Assembly (NCBI GenBank): GCA_040954595.2
Contig: CM082585.2
Location: forward strand, 4,489,358 to 4,553,357
Length of the DNA: 64,000 bases
Source of the DNA: Balanoglossus misakiensis
Lineage: Eukaryota > Animalia > Hemichordata
Reading direction: 5' to 3'
Numbering within the stretch: position 1 is the stretch's first letter; each line of letters starts with the position of its first letter. Both the position numbers and the translations under genes were made by a program. Under the pieces are notes generated by a model. That model saw nothing but the letters and a program-made list of their open reading frames with translations. It did not search any database and was not told the origin of the DNA. Of the stretch, positions 51,940 to 64,000 are shown one piece after another.

Positions 51940-52401
51940 CAATTCAAATAGTTTATTGTCAATAACAAATGTAAAAAATGTCTTCAGGCTCACTAATCAA
52001 GTTACAAATACAGGATAAAGAGCATTGTCATAAAATTTATACATACATCAACACAATTCCAATATGATGACAACCACATCTGCATGCAGTTAAGGATAAA
52101 ACTGAGAAAGGATTAAACTGAGGGTGAAACAAAACAGAAAATAGGAGAACTGTTTACAGGGTTAAAATATATTATAACAGAAAATACAATTAATCAATGT
52201 TGTAAAGGTGCTACAGATACTAAAATGTTCAAAAATAAATCATCAATCAGTTAATACAATGTATGAAAATAGACTAATAAATAAATATACTGATAAATAA
52301 ATGTACTGATAAATAAATAAATAAATAAATAAATAAACAAATAAACAAACAAACAAACAAACAAACAAACAAATAAAAAAATAAATAAATTAATAAAATA
52401 A

Positions 52402-52464
<63 letters not shown>

Positions 52465-52473
52465 ATGAATGAA

Positions 52474-52560
<87 letters not shown>

Positions 52561-53060
52561 ATGAATAAATAAATAAATAAATAAATTCTAGTTTATAATT
52601 TCTATTTTTGATGACGTTTTTGATCTGATGTGGCAAAGTTCCCCATAATACAGTACCAGCATAGGATATTGCAAATTTACATATGGATGTATTGACAGTT
52701 GGAACAAAAAGATTTCCTTGATTTTTATGTCATGTACTGTATTGGTGAGACACTAATGAACAAAAGTTAGTGAAACAGAGAGGTAAATTGTCATTGACCA
52801 CAGGTCATACAAAAAGGTACACAATTGAAGTTTGTGTGGTTTGAAGATGTCAAGAATATTCAAATATTTAAATAAAACAGTCAAGTGTGCTGTGAAGTCG
52901 CGAAAGGTTACAACTCTAGCTGCCTTTTTAAAGCGAGGAGAATGTTGTTAAGGTGAAAAGGATATGTGGATATCCAGACTTCAAGGCCGATTAGGTGATG
53001 TGATGTAGTATAAATGTGTTTAATATAGAGAAGAATTAAAATATATTTTGGTACAAATTT
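51940..53060 (-). mobile_element. Decayed LINE 3' fragment (CR1/L2-group) inside the Helentron
   Basis: Minus-strand remnants KKAARVVTFRDFTAHLTVLFKYLNILDI and NLFVPTVNTSICKFAISYAGTVLWGTLP resemble the post-RT region. It is broken by indels and a (TAAA)n run; boundaries are approximate. Confidence 0.6.
52276..52585. repeat. (TAAA/CAAA)n microsatellite
   Basis: Directly visible. Confidence 0.95.
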
Positions 53061-53149
53061 GAAATGATTTAACTTTCAGAAGAAGATAAACTCAGGCGAA
53101 GGATTGAGTAATTTAAGACAGGCTGCCTGGCTGTCATAATGTTTTATCT

Positions 53150-53269
53150 GTCTGTATGTCTGTGTCATGTATGCACTGGCATATGTACATTTTGTAACAT
53201 ATGTACATGTGTATATGCATGTGTATGTGTGTGTGTGTATGTATGTATGTATGCATGCATGCATGCATG

Positions 53270-53301
<32 letters not shown>

Positions 53302-53335
53302 TGTATGTACTGGCATGTATGTGTGTGCATGTGTA
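53150..53335. repeat. (TG/TATG/CATG)n low-complexity tract
   Basis: Directly visible; source of the spurious His/Thr- and Cys/Val-rich ORFs. Confidence 0.9.
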
Positions 53336-56300
53336 CCAGTATGATGTGGAGGCATTTTCTATGAATATACAACATTATTCTTAAATATGTTAAGTATTTT
53401 ATGGCAATTAATCCATTTCATGGAAAGTGTTATCGTTCAATTTGGAAGCTCCGGAGGATGTAATTACAATGTTAAATATTACAGTAACATCATGGGATAA
53501 TCATCTTTGTGTGCAGACTCAATATTGAGTATATATATATAATTTCTCTGCCTTCAATTCTGTGTGGTATAGTGTATTTATTGCATTTTGTCAAACGATA
53601 GTCAGATGCTGTATTTTGAACATCTTATTGTATACTGTAATACTGGATAATTATTAATTGTAGTAAAGATATTTGCTTTTATTATGAGAGTAAAAGTAAT
53701 GTTTGAAATTGTACATTTAATTATGGAAAAAGTTTACTAGTGTTTGGTATTCCTTGTAAATAACCGAATTTGACTCAAGATAGTTATTTTACAACATTAA
53801 TTGAAATGTTTAAATTGTCATTGTTATTATCAAATATGGTTCTGTGTATTTGATAACTATTTATTTGGAAACAATGTGGCTTGAAATGTCTGAACTTGTA
53901 TTCTTTTTCTCAAATGAAATACTGTCTGTTGGAGATTTTATGTTTTTAAAGTTTGTGTCAACATGACATACATGAAATTTTCATTTTCATTACAACACTA
54001 AGTAACATCTTTGAAATTGTCAGATTTATTATTAAACATGGTTGTGTTCATTGATTATTTAAGGGTGATTAATTATTTAGAATCAGTGCTGTTACATCTT
54101 GTTAGAAAAGTAATTGAAATCTTTACAACTTTGTTTTGTTATCAAAAAAAGATTGTGTGTGTTGGATATTTTACAATTATAAACATTTTGATCAGCATAG
54201 TTGGCTTTATTTGAGCATTTACTGAATGGTTTGCCATTCTAAAGTTTATCATCACACATCATTCTGTCTGTTGAATATTTTATGACAGTTAAAAGTCAAG
54301 TTGGTTGGATTAGAACATTAATTCTAATATAAATTGATGTTGGAAATTGTAAATTTTATCATCGAATGTAGTGTGAAGAATAGAAGATTGTATTAAAGTA
54401 AAAATATGGTACATTGACCTGGAGAAACAGGGGTTAATAATTAATTTCTTCGAATGGTATTTGTTGAGCTGTTGCCACAGAAGCTGTATGGCATTTCAGT
54501 GTAGATAGCACATGTGAATATACAGCACTGAAACCAATGCATTTTAATACAAGTGAACTGTAGATGTGAATTTGGTCGAAGGGAAAAAGCAAATAGAACA
54601 CTGTCACAAGATAGTGGGTCTGAGAGTTTGTCTCATTATTAAAGTGTCACACATATACATAGCAACAATGTGTGCTTTTGAGCAAGCTCCATAATTACCC
54701 AGAAACATTATTAGGAATGCTATGCTGTTAATGAACTGTAGTCTGCTGCATGACAGATATAATAGAAAGATAATGTTTCGATCTGTATGGAAAGGGTTTT
54801 CATATCCTATGGATTAATCGGCATAAATAGAAAAAATGGAAATATTTACAAACAGAAATATCTGTATTTAATATATATGTGTTAATTATATAACTTTGTT
54901 CATATCACTACCATGTGTGGATTAAGCTATTGGTGTTCATTGAACCCTGCAGAAGTCAACAAGGAACATTGTATTGTAAAAGATTAGCCTGTGCCTAGCT
55001 TGCTTTAAAACAGTGACACATCTACAAATTGTTCATTTCATATATAGATGCATACTTTTAAGAGAAAAACTCTTATTCAGCAATTGTTAAGAGTTTTCTT
55101 CAATATTAAAAACTGTTTCTGTTGTTTTAATAGTTGAAACATGCTGAAATATTGGTGAACTGTACTCAATCTGCACTATGCACATACGGTACACATACAT
55201 GTACAAGATAGAACATTCAATGATTCAGTAAAATAATTTATGATGTCCATCCTGTTTTTGACTGTTGGTTAAACTTCGATCCATGTATTTGACTGTATAG
55301 CCATAGTTGCAAACTGTTTAGACCACATCGAGCTTAGAATGAGATTATAGAGTATGAATTACTCTAGCTGTCATGTACAGTACCATGATGGCAATATGTT
55401 ATGTATCCAAGAGAAACAATGTAGTTTATTTAATCTGAATGTCACACATAGAATCACCACGTTTTATATAGCAAAGGGGTAATTTCTGACCCTGTTTTTT
55501 GTTTATGCACTGAAGTTATATTGCACAGTGAGAAACATTATGCAAGTATTCCCTGTATTCTTGAATGATATCACAAAAAGGGCCAAAAACTGCATTTTGA
55601 AATTCTAGTAGACTTTTGCCAGGGTCAGATTTCCACACTTAATAAGTGTTATATTAGATATGTCCTCTTAATATATATGTTTTTAAGTATTTGATATGTC
55701 AACATGCACTGAAAGGAATACTGGATATTCAAATGATTAAGATAGATGGTAACTTAAGTACACCAATTCTCTTGGTGGAAGAATTAAATATTGTATGTTA
55801 CTACACTTGGCCATAGTCATTAGATTAAAGCCAGCTTGGTTTGCTTCAATATAAAACTACTGGGTAACAGATGAATTATAAATGGCAAAGTGTGCATCAT
55901 CACATAATAGCCAAAAACAGTGCCTAAGATACTGTAGAGCATGTGAGTCATATGAGGATTTTAGAGTAAGACACAGCTTATTAATGTTCAAGCTTGTAAG
56001 ATAAGGATTCTGCAAAAGCAGAACAGTTAGGTCATTTAAGTAGTTCTATGGTAGATAGATGATGTTGTTTCCAAAGATGCCGTATGTTACTCAAATGATG
56101 AGTGACAGCATTCCTGGATTTAACTTGCATCAGTAATTTGGTAGTTAAGTCAAATTTTACTACAATTTGTCACTTGTGGTCAGTCTTGACGGGTGTAACA
56201 TGCTAGGAGGGTACACTTACCCATTCCGGACACCTGGTACAAGAGCTTAGCAGTGGTTCAAAATGATCCTGTAGAAATTGTCATTTTTCTCTTATTTATT

Positions 56301-56959
56301 ATTTGGACCTGGTAATTAGCTTACCTTGAATGATATTGATTATTCGACCTGATTTGATGTCTTATTCTTGCAATAACAAACACAAACCTCAACTGTTATC
56401 AACCTTTTATTTATTTAAGATAAACCTTTCAGTTGAATCAGTGCTTGTTTGAAAGCAGCCTTTATTGTAGTTATCTCTTTATTTTAATGTACATTATAGG
56501 TCTCTGACCACTTAAAACATAACTTCTATGTCTGATTTTCTTATCTATCTTTACTCTGTACAATAAATCTGGTTTGGCTGATATATCACCCAATGGCCAT
56601 ACAAACTTTTGTCATTTAATTTTGTCACATACTAGTACATATCCAAAACACAAAACATCTATGGCCATCTTATTATTAGGCATACAATTTGCTTAAGTAT
56701 AACAACCCGTAAAGTGTTTCAACATACCAAATACAAATACTTTATCTGCTCTGAAAGTCGAGATATGGAAAAATAAGACAAGGACACCCCAGGGACAAGA
56801 ATGAACCTACTATGGATGCTGATATATACGCAAGTAAATCAAAGGTCACCTAAGGCCACACCGATATTCGGACAAAATAGTTTGACCCCATACTATGTCC
56901 ATGTCGAACAAACACCAGACCTGTAGCCGTGTTGGTAAACCTGTAATTATGTATGCACA

Positions 56960-57910
56960 TAATTAATGCGTAAAGCAGGTGTCATAGGTGACCCAAAACT
57001 TTGGCTTTTCATTATAGCCCCATACATCCAAATACCAAGGCTGTATCTGCTGTGGATGTCGAGATATGCAAAAGTAGGTCAAAGGTCATCCGAGGTCACC
57101 CAAAATTTGGGCAGAAAATTTTGACCCATAGTGGTCCATGTCCAACAAAAACCAGACCTCTAGCCCTTTTGGTTAGCCCGGAATTAGGTATGCACATAAA
57201 TAATGCGTAAAGCAGGTGTCACAGATGACCCAAAACTTTGGCTTATGGCCCCATACCTCCAAATACCAAGGCTGTATCTGCTGTGGATGTCGAGATATGC
57301 AAAAGTAGGCCAAAGGTCACCCGAGGTCACCCAAAATTTGGGCAGAAAATTTTGACCCATAGTGGTCCATGTCCAACAAAAACCAGACCTCTAGCCCTTT
57401 TGGTTAGCCCGGAATTAGGTATGCAGATAAATAATGCGTAAAGCAGGTGTCACAGATGACCCAAAACTTTGGCTTTTCATTATGGCCCCATACCTCCAAA
57501 TGTCAAGGCTGTACCTGCTTTGGATGCCGAGATATGCAAAAGTAGGTCAAAGGTCATCTGAGGTCATCCAAAATTTGGGCAGAAAATTTTGACTCATAGT
57601 GGTCCATGTCCAACAAAAACCAGACCTCTAGCCCTTTTGGTTAGCCCGGAATTAGGTATGCACATAAATAGTGAGTAAAGCAGGCGTCACAGGTGACCCA
57701 AAACTTTGGCTTTTCATTATGGCCCCATACCTCCAAATGCCAAGGCTGTGCCTGCTTTGGATGCTGAGATATGCAAAAGTAGGTCAAAGGTCATCTGAGG
57801 TCATCCAAAATTTGGGCAAAAAATTTTGACCCCATACTGGTCCATGTCCAACAAAAACCAAACCTCTAGCTCAATTGGTTCGCCTGTAATTAGCTATGCA
57901 CATAATTAAT
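56960..57910. repeat. About 4 tandem ~235-240-bp subterminal repeats of the Helentron
   Basis: GACCCAAAACTTTGGC...AAGGCTGT...AGGTCAAAGGTCA...GGTCCATGTCCAACAAAAACC recurs at ~56990, 57227, 57458 and 57695. Confidence 0.85.
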
Positions 57911-58831
57911 GAGGTCAGCAGAGGTCAAAGGGGTCATGAAAAGTAGCAAAATATTTTGATCACACACTAATCCACATGCATCAAAAACAAAACGTCTAGC
58001 CCTATAGGTTAGCCTGGAAATAGATATGCAGAAATAATAATGTGTGAAAAGTAGGTCAAAGGTCATGTGAAAAATCGCCAAAAATTTGTAACATATTGTA
58101 GTCATATGACGATTGATATCCATAAAAAGAATTTGTATGCTATTAATTTTTATACTAGAAAAAGGAATTTTAATTTTTCACTGCTTTTTACAAAATCCAA
58201 TATGGCCGCCATAATCTTCGACCAATCACATTCCTCTTCCCAAACTTGATAGACATCTGTTTAATGAACACACACACCAAATCTTGCGACTCGGTTATCG
58301 CCGGTTCTTGAGAAGAAGATTTTTGAAATTTTACTAAGGTTTTTCGAAAATCCAATATGGCCGCCATAATCTTCGACCAATCACAATGATCTTCGCAAAC
58401 TTGATAGACATCAGTTAGGTGACCACATACCCCAAACCCCGTGTCTCGGTTATCACCGGTTCTGGAGAAGAAGATTTTTGAAATTTAAGCCAGATTTCAG
58501 AAAAAAAATTGTAGCAAAAAAACTGCAACTTTGTCAGCATAATTTCCAATTACAAAAATGATTGACAGAAGGTAGTCTACCTGCACGCCAAATTTGAAGT
58601 CGATCTGACTTGTAGTTTCTGAGATCTGAGATTTGCATTTTTTCAGAAAATCCAAGATGGCCGCCAGGTCACGTGACTAATTAAAAATTCATGGGTTCAA
58701 TGCACGACTACTCATTGACCTTGACCACTGTAGCAAGTTTGAGAACTGTACCTGCAGTGGTGTCTGATATCTAGAGCGACAAAGAATTGACAGAAGAATA
58801 AAGAAAGAAGAAAGAAAGAAGGAAAGACAGA

Positions 58832-60316
58832 ATTAAAGCTGCGAGCAGCATTGTCGGGCCCAAGCGCTGCTCTCGAATTATATATGCACAGTATGAATGT
58901 GAAGAAACAGAATTTTCTATCGGGTGTATTATCTCATGACATAACAAGGACGTATGTATTTTTGTTGCTGAAATAGGGTGAAGTAGGTCAAAGGACACCT
59001 GAGGTCACCCAACATTTGGGCAATTTTTTTGACCCATACTGGTCCATGTCCAACAAAAACCGAAACTCTAGCTCTATTGGTTCGCCTGTAATTAGGTATG
59101 TGCATATTTAATGAGGTCAGCAGGTGTCACAGGTGACCCAAAAATGTGGCTTTACATTTTGGTCCCATCCTGCCAAACGCCATGGCTGTATCTGCTCTGG
59201 ATGCTGAGATATGCGAAAGTAGGTCAAAGGTCACCAAAGGTCACCCAAAATTTGGGCAAAAAATGTTTGATCCCATACTGGTCCATGTCCAACAAATACC
59301 AAACCTCTAGCTCTATTGGTTCGCCTGTAATTAGCTATGCACATAATTAATGAGGTCAGCAGAGGTCAAAGGGGTCATGAAAAGTCGCAAAATATTTTGA
59401 TCACACACTAATCCACATGCATCAAAAACCAAAAGTCTAGCCCTATAGGTTAGCCTGGAAATAGATAGGCAGATATAATGATATGTGAAAAGTAGGTCAA
59501 AGGTCATGTGAAAATTGCCAAAAAAATTGCAACATATTGTAGTCACATGACGATTGATATCCATAAAAAGAATTTGTATGCTATTAATTTTTAGACTAGG
59601 AAAAGGAATTTCCATTTTTTTACTGCTTTTTACAAAATCCAATATGGCCGCCATAATCTTCGACCAATCACAATGCTCTTTACAAACTTGATAGACATCA
59701 GTGTAGTGACCATACTCCCCGAATCTTGCGACTCAGTTATCGCCCGTTCTGGAGAAGAAGATTTTTGGAGTTTTACTATGGTTTTTCGAAAATCCAATAT
59801 GGCCGCCATAATCTTCGACCAATCACAATGCTTCTTATCAAACTTGATAGACATCTGTTAGGTGACCACATACCCCAAACCCCGTGACTCGGTCATCACC
59901 GGTTCTGGAGAAGAAGATTTTTGAGTTTTAGTTGGATTTTTTTAAAATCCAATATGGCGGCCAAAGTCACGTGATCGCTCGAGATTTTATTATCAAACTT
60001 TGTAGGGCAGAGGACATGTGTACTATGTACCAAATTTGAACTTGATTTGCCTTGTAGTTTTTGAGAAGAAGTCATTTGTAGTTTTTCAGAAAATCCAATA
60101 TGGCCGCCAGGTCACGTGACTAATTAAGTATTCACAAGTCACTGCACATCTACTCATAGACCTTGACCACTGTAGCAAGTTTGAGCAGTGTACCTGCAGT
60201 AGTTTCAGAGATTTAGTTGGCCGAAGAATTGACACAAGAATAAAGAAAGAAAGAAAGAAAGAAAAATTCCAACGAAACCAATAGGGCCCAAGCGCTTGCT
60301 TGCGCTTGGGCCCTAA
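58832..60316. mobile_element. Inner non-autonomous HINE (~1.5 kb), same terminal subfamily as the autonomous Helentron
   Basis: Left end ATTAAAGCTGCGAGCAGCATTGTCGGGCCCAAGCG. Right end is a (GAAA)n run, then CCAACGAAACCAATAGGGCCCAAGCGCTTGCTTGCGCTTGGGCCCTA. The body is homologous to 38090-39210 and 57700-58830. Confidence 0.88.
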
Positions 60317-62489
60317 AAACCCCAACGAAACCAATAGGGCCCAAGCGCTGGCTTGCGCTTGGGCCCTAAATATTCCAACAATAACAATGGGGGCACAAGC
60401 CGCCTGAGGGCGCTTGTGCCCCCAAATATATATAAGGTCCCAGAACAAGGAAATCCATTTCACTCTAAGAGTCTTTGAATCAAAAGTTTTCTAGTAATTA
60501 TAAAACTCAGAATCCCCTTAAAAGTTAAAGCGGGCAGCTCGTCTCACGCGCATGCGCGTAACTTCCCAGCAAATTTTCCGTTCGATGCATTCAAATAGTG
60601 GACTGCCTTCGCTTCCTTCCATATTTCATTCGCACCATATAAGTAGATTCTGGTTTTGTCACTCCTTTTCACCCAAGCTAGTATCTTTTCCCGATCTCCA
60701 ACACAGATTATGGTCGCCGCCATCTTGTGTGAGCACTGCCTTATGGGATTAACTGTTCACTAAACGTCTGTAACCAGCAGCTACAGTAGGAACATGCGTG
60801 TGAGACGAGCTACGCGCTTTAAACTAAGCATATATATATTTTCAGAAAGCTTAGATATAGATGGGAACATTTTGGTTACTTCAGTGTGACAAGCAATATC
60901 AAATAACCTTCCTGGAACTAGGTATCCAACTTCAATTTGTGTGAATGCAAGCTGTTGTAACTATAATACAAAGTGTGCCTGGGATGTTCTTAAACCACTT
61001 CTGAGTTGTAAATAAACCCAGTGGTCTATCAATTTGCTCCCCAAAAAATCTAGATAAAAAATACTGTAATATTGTGTCAATCGCTGGGGCAAATTTCAAT
61101 AGCCAGGGGTGGAAACTGAACTCTCCAGGTGCTGCCAAAGACAGCGACCCTCTTCATCACACTTCGTTACTAGGAATAACATGAAAAACGTTTTTTTGAC
61201 ACTCATGTATCATGTTACCTGTACATATGTAAAGGACCAGGACATGCTGTCTTTAAAAAATCTAAGAAATTTCAAATCCTCTCCTTGCAACTGGACGTCT
61301 TATCCTTACAACCGAATGCCTTCTCGTGACCTAAACATCCATTCCCATATAAATCCACACCATCTAGCTCCGAAAAGCATGGACCCTTAAAGAAGTGCAA
61401 TCCCTGCTTTGGTGTTGAACACACGCCATACTTGGCTAATGTCACATTAATTATAATACAATTATCACTGCTACTAAATGTTTGATAATAAACTGACATT
61501 GTTTTCGGTATTTCCACCAAAGATTGTTGATTAGAGACAGAAAATGTGTGATTTTGGGTTAAATATATTCAATCTGACTTTGAAGTATTCACTATGTATT
61601 CATCCATAGTGAGGAGGCCAGAAATGTACTTAAATTTCATGTTCTACCAAGTGAATTAGGATGTTTATTGTTATCTCATTAACAGTTGAAACGATTGTGT
61701 ATTTGGCCAGGGCTGAACTACTGGCAGAAGAATCATGGTTAACTGTTCACTGTTTTTGATCAATTCTTACAAGTGTATTTTTGTGTTTTTGTTGTCAGAC
61801 CAATAATCAGTCAAAATTTGTTGAATTTTCGGAGTTAGCTTCCCGCCTCCTTCAATTTTTTTTTTTAAATCTGTAGTTCTGTATGAAAAAGATTTTGATT
61901 GATGTAGACCCACAATGAACCCAATTCATCCAAAACATGGACATGTTTACGACTACTCTTTAATTGTTTGTATTCTGATCTTTACGAGTGTCATTGTGTG
62001 GTTTTTTGTTGGTCAATAAACAACTGAAACTGTCCAAATTTTGGAATGACCTTTGATCCGATTCTCCCCACTACAACATTCTATATACAGACTTTAAAAA
62101 CTAAAAATGATTAGGAATGGGATACATGAACATTTTTGAGGGTCAAAATCTCGCCCTCTGAGATATTAATGCCTTTATATTGGATAGATATACCAGTACC
62201 AAATTCCATCGCAAATCTTGAAAACAAGTGAATACTGAATACACGTGGAAAGTCTGACTTCGCTAGTACTGAGACACATTTTGAAACCATCGTTTTTAAT
62301 ATTGTTTCAATGCTTGCAGTTGAGTTTGAAGTTTACTGGTGCGGGCGGAGACGAAGTTGTTGTCCGTCTACGAGAAGTTGACAGGCCTGTCACGTACATG
62401 TCCCTGGATCACATCAACGAAAGCCCCTCTCAGCCCTTCCCGCCAGGTGGCGCCATTCACTGTCCTGATGACCTTTGACCCTAGTTAAA

Positions 62490-64000
62490 ATGGCGGAAGC
62501 TAACAAGCTGCAGACTAGATTGTGGCCGTGGACAACTGGAAACCGAATGGACACCACAACAATTTGCAACCACTTGACAAGTGCTGGTATGTATCTTTTT
62601 CCACATATGTTCCTGCTGAGTTCGAAAGATAATGGTTTGCAGTAATTCGGTGACATTCGATCACTTTTTCGATAGTTCAATTAGTTGCTGCTGTTCCGTA
62701 GCTCTACCACTCCCCCCCCCCAAAAAAAAAGAAACACCCTACAGCATCGCTGATCGTGAAAGAACACTAATTGTGACTAAAAAGCTATAGATCTCCCAAC
62801 ATTTGGATTTGGTTTAATGTTTGTACACAACAAATTACGCACATGTACATAAGCTTAAGACAATCATCGTCCTGTTAATATTCAACAAATGAATTTTGAA
62901 GGTTCTTTCTTGGGTGTTACAATGTATGTCCTAAACCAGTGTGTGTGGCAAAAACATGTGAACATAACATACCAGCAGACAGAATGTGAATGAATGTTCA
63001 TGCCTTATTTTTCCAGAATGTTCAGAGGTGTGCAGACTGTACAGAAATTCAAATAAGTTACATGAACTTGGCAGGCTATTGGAAGCATTAAATAGCAAAC
63101 TTAGGCATAAAGTTGAAGCTGGTGCTGAATCCTTTGATGGTAAGTAAGCATCAAGTCTTACTGTTACAATGGAGGTATATAGCTTAGACCTCCATATCAC
63201 TCATCATTTAGTTTCTATCCTGCTGTTTCTTGTCTCTGCAAAGAAAGGTGGCGCATACGAAATAATTCTTTCCAATAATTCGGCCAACAGAGAATAAGAT
63301 TTTTCTTACAAAAAAAAGGATGAAATATTGGCAGAAGTTGCATTTAAATCATGGAGAGAAAAAGAGCTTGTTGCTTTTTGTCGTGGGATATGGCATGGAA
63401 CATTTTCATATGGGTATGCAGTGTTTTTGCTAAGGTTGGGGAACATTGGTAATGGATTTGGGAACCCCGGTAACATTCCTATAACCCCCTAATATAACTC
63501 CATTGATACACCCAGGGGAACCCTGGTAAAATGACTGGGGAACACCGGTAGATTGTACCTAGATACCGCCCTTAACAAAAACACTGGGTATGGTGTTGTT
63601 AACAGTGTTGCGATGAATCTTGCTCTTCGAATATGTGTAAACCCAGCATGTCCTTATTCTACACTTGGTCATTGATAATTTTGCCAAAACTGTATAGTGC
63701 TTATCATAAACCTTCTTGTAAGTAACTACTTTGAGTGAAAAAGCACATCAATTTAACTCTAAAATAAGGATCACTCAATGTTGTGTACTTAAGAAAAAAC
63801 CTTATGAAATCATTTATTTTTTTCTATTTTCTTGATTTTCTAGAGTACAGGTAGTATTTATATTTACACATACAACATGGAGAAAACTAAAAAATTGTTG
63901 TTTGTCCAAACACATACTTGAATAAAAATGTAGGTCAATTTACAGATGTTGCGGAAAAATACATAACCAAAGACTAAAAAGCAACAGAGACCACTTCGCA
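62490..64000 (+). CDS. C2H2 zinc-finger gene copy D, 5' part (exons 1-2; ZF exon expected beyond the window)
   Basis: ATG at 62490; exon 1 runs to 62586 (MAEANKLQTRLWPWTTGNRMDTTTICNHLTSA, donor GTATGT). Exon 2 (~63017-63139) is open. The intron continues to the window end. Confidence 0.7.

Larger units (their letters stand above)
37041..60369 (+). mobile_element. Autonomous Helentron (Helitron2/HLE2-type rolling-circle transposon), ~21.8 kb excluding the inner HINE
   Basis: Left end ATTAAAGCTGCAAGCAGCATTGTCCGGGCCCAAGC. Right end TAGGGCCCAAGCGCTGGCTTGCGCTTGGGCCCTA (~60335-60368). Encloses the Rep/Hel/EN ORF. The strand given is that of the ORF. Confidence 0.85.
35657..60424. mobile_element. 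Outer non-autonomous Helentron-associated element (HINE); own sequence ~35657-37040 plus ~60370-60424
   Basis: Left end ATTAAAGCTGCAAGCAGC (hairpin) followed by GGGGCACAAGCG. Right end GGGGGCACAAGC...GCTTGTGCCCCC palindrome. Inserted in an A-run without TSD: the empty site CATGAAAATATATATAAGG is seen in copy B at ~26492. Confidence 0.85.

Noticed and set aside
37041-60369. Canonical Helitron1 (5'-TC ... CTRR-3') or LTR element
   Set aside because: The ends show subTIRs and palindromes in A/T runs without a TSD, the Rep motif is GSPH and an endonuclease is fused. There is no RT or integrase and no TG...CA LTR ends.

Overview
AT-rich, intron-containing animal genomic DNA, probably from a marine invertebrate (inferred from gene and transposon content). 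No prokaryotic genes, rRNA, tRNA or CRISPR array were seen. (1) Bases 0.4-11.8 kb hold two paralogous spliced, secreted C-type lectin genes. The first also has an F5/8 type C (discoidin) domain and needs a GC-AG intron. The second has QPD/WND motifs and apparently lacks the discoidin exons. (2) From about 14.4 kb to the window end lies a head-to-tail array of four copies (A-D) of a three-exon C2H2 zinc-finger gene. Only copy B keeps a 10-finger, minisatellite-like array that varies mainly at DNA-contact residues, and its first exon is split by a 4.16-kb TIR element with a 9-bp TSD. (3) Copy C carries a 122/123-bp satellite built from two pieces of intron that are single-copy in copies A and D. 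It also carries a ~24.8-kb insertion (about 35657-60424). (4) That insertion is three Helentron-type rolling-circle elements nested like Russian dolls: a non-autonomous HINE containing an autonomous ~21.8-kb Helentron, which contains another HINE. Each inner element sits at the equivalent point, in the purine microsatellite ~50 bp inside the same terminus of its host. The autonomous element encodes an intact ~2495-aa OTU-Zn finger-Rep-PIF1 helicase-AP endonuclease protein. Many MITEs, two LINE fragments and several microsatellites fill the rest. All gene models and boundaries were read by eye and may be off by a few bases.
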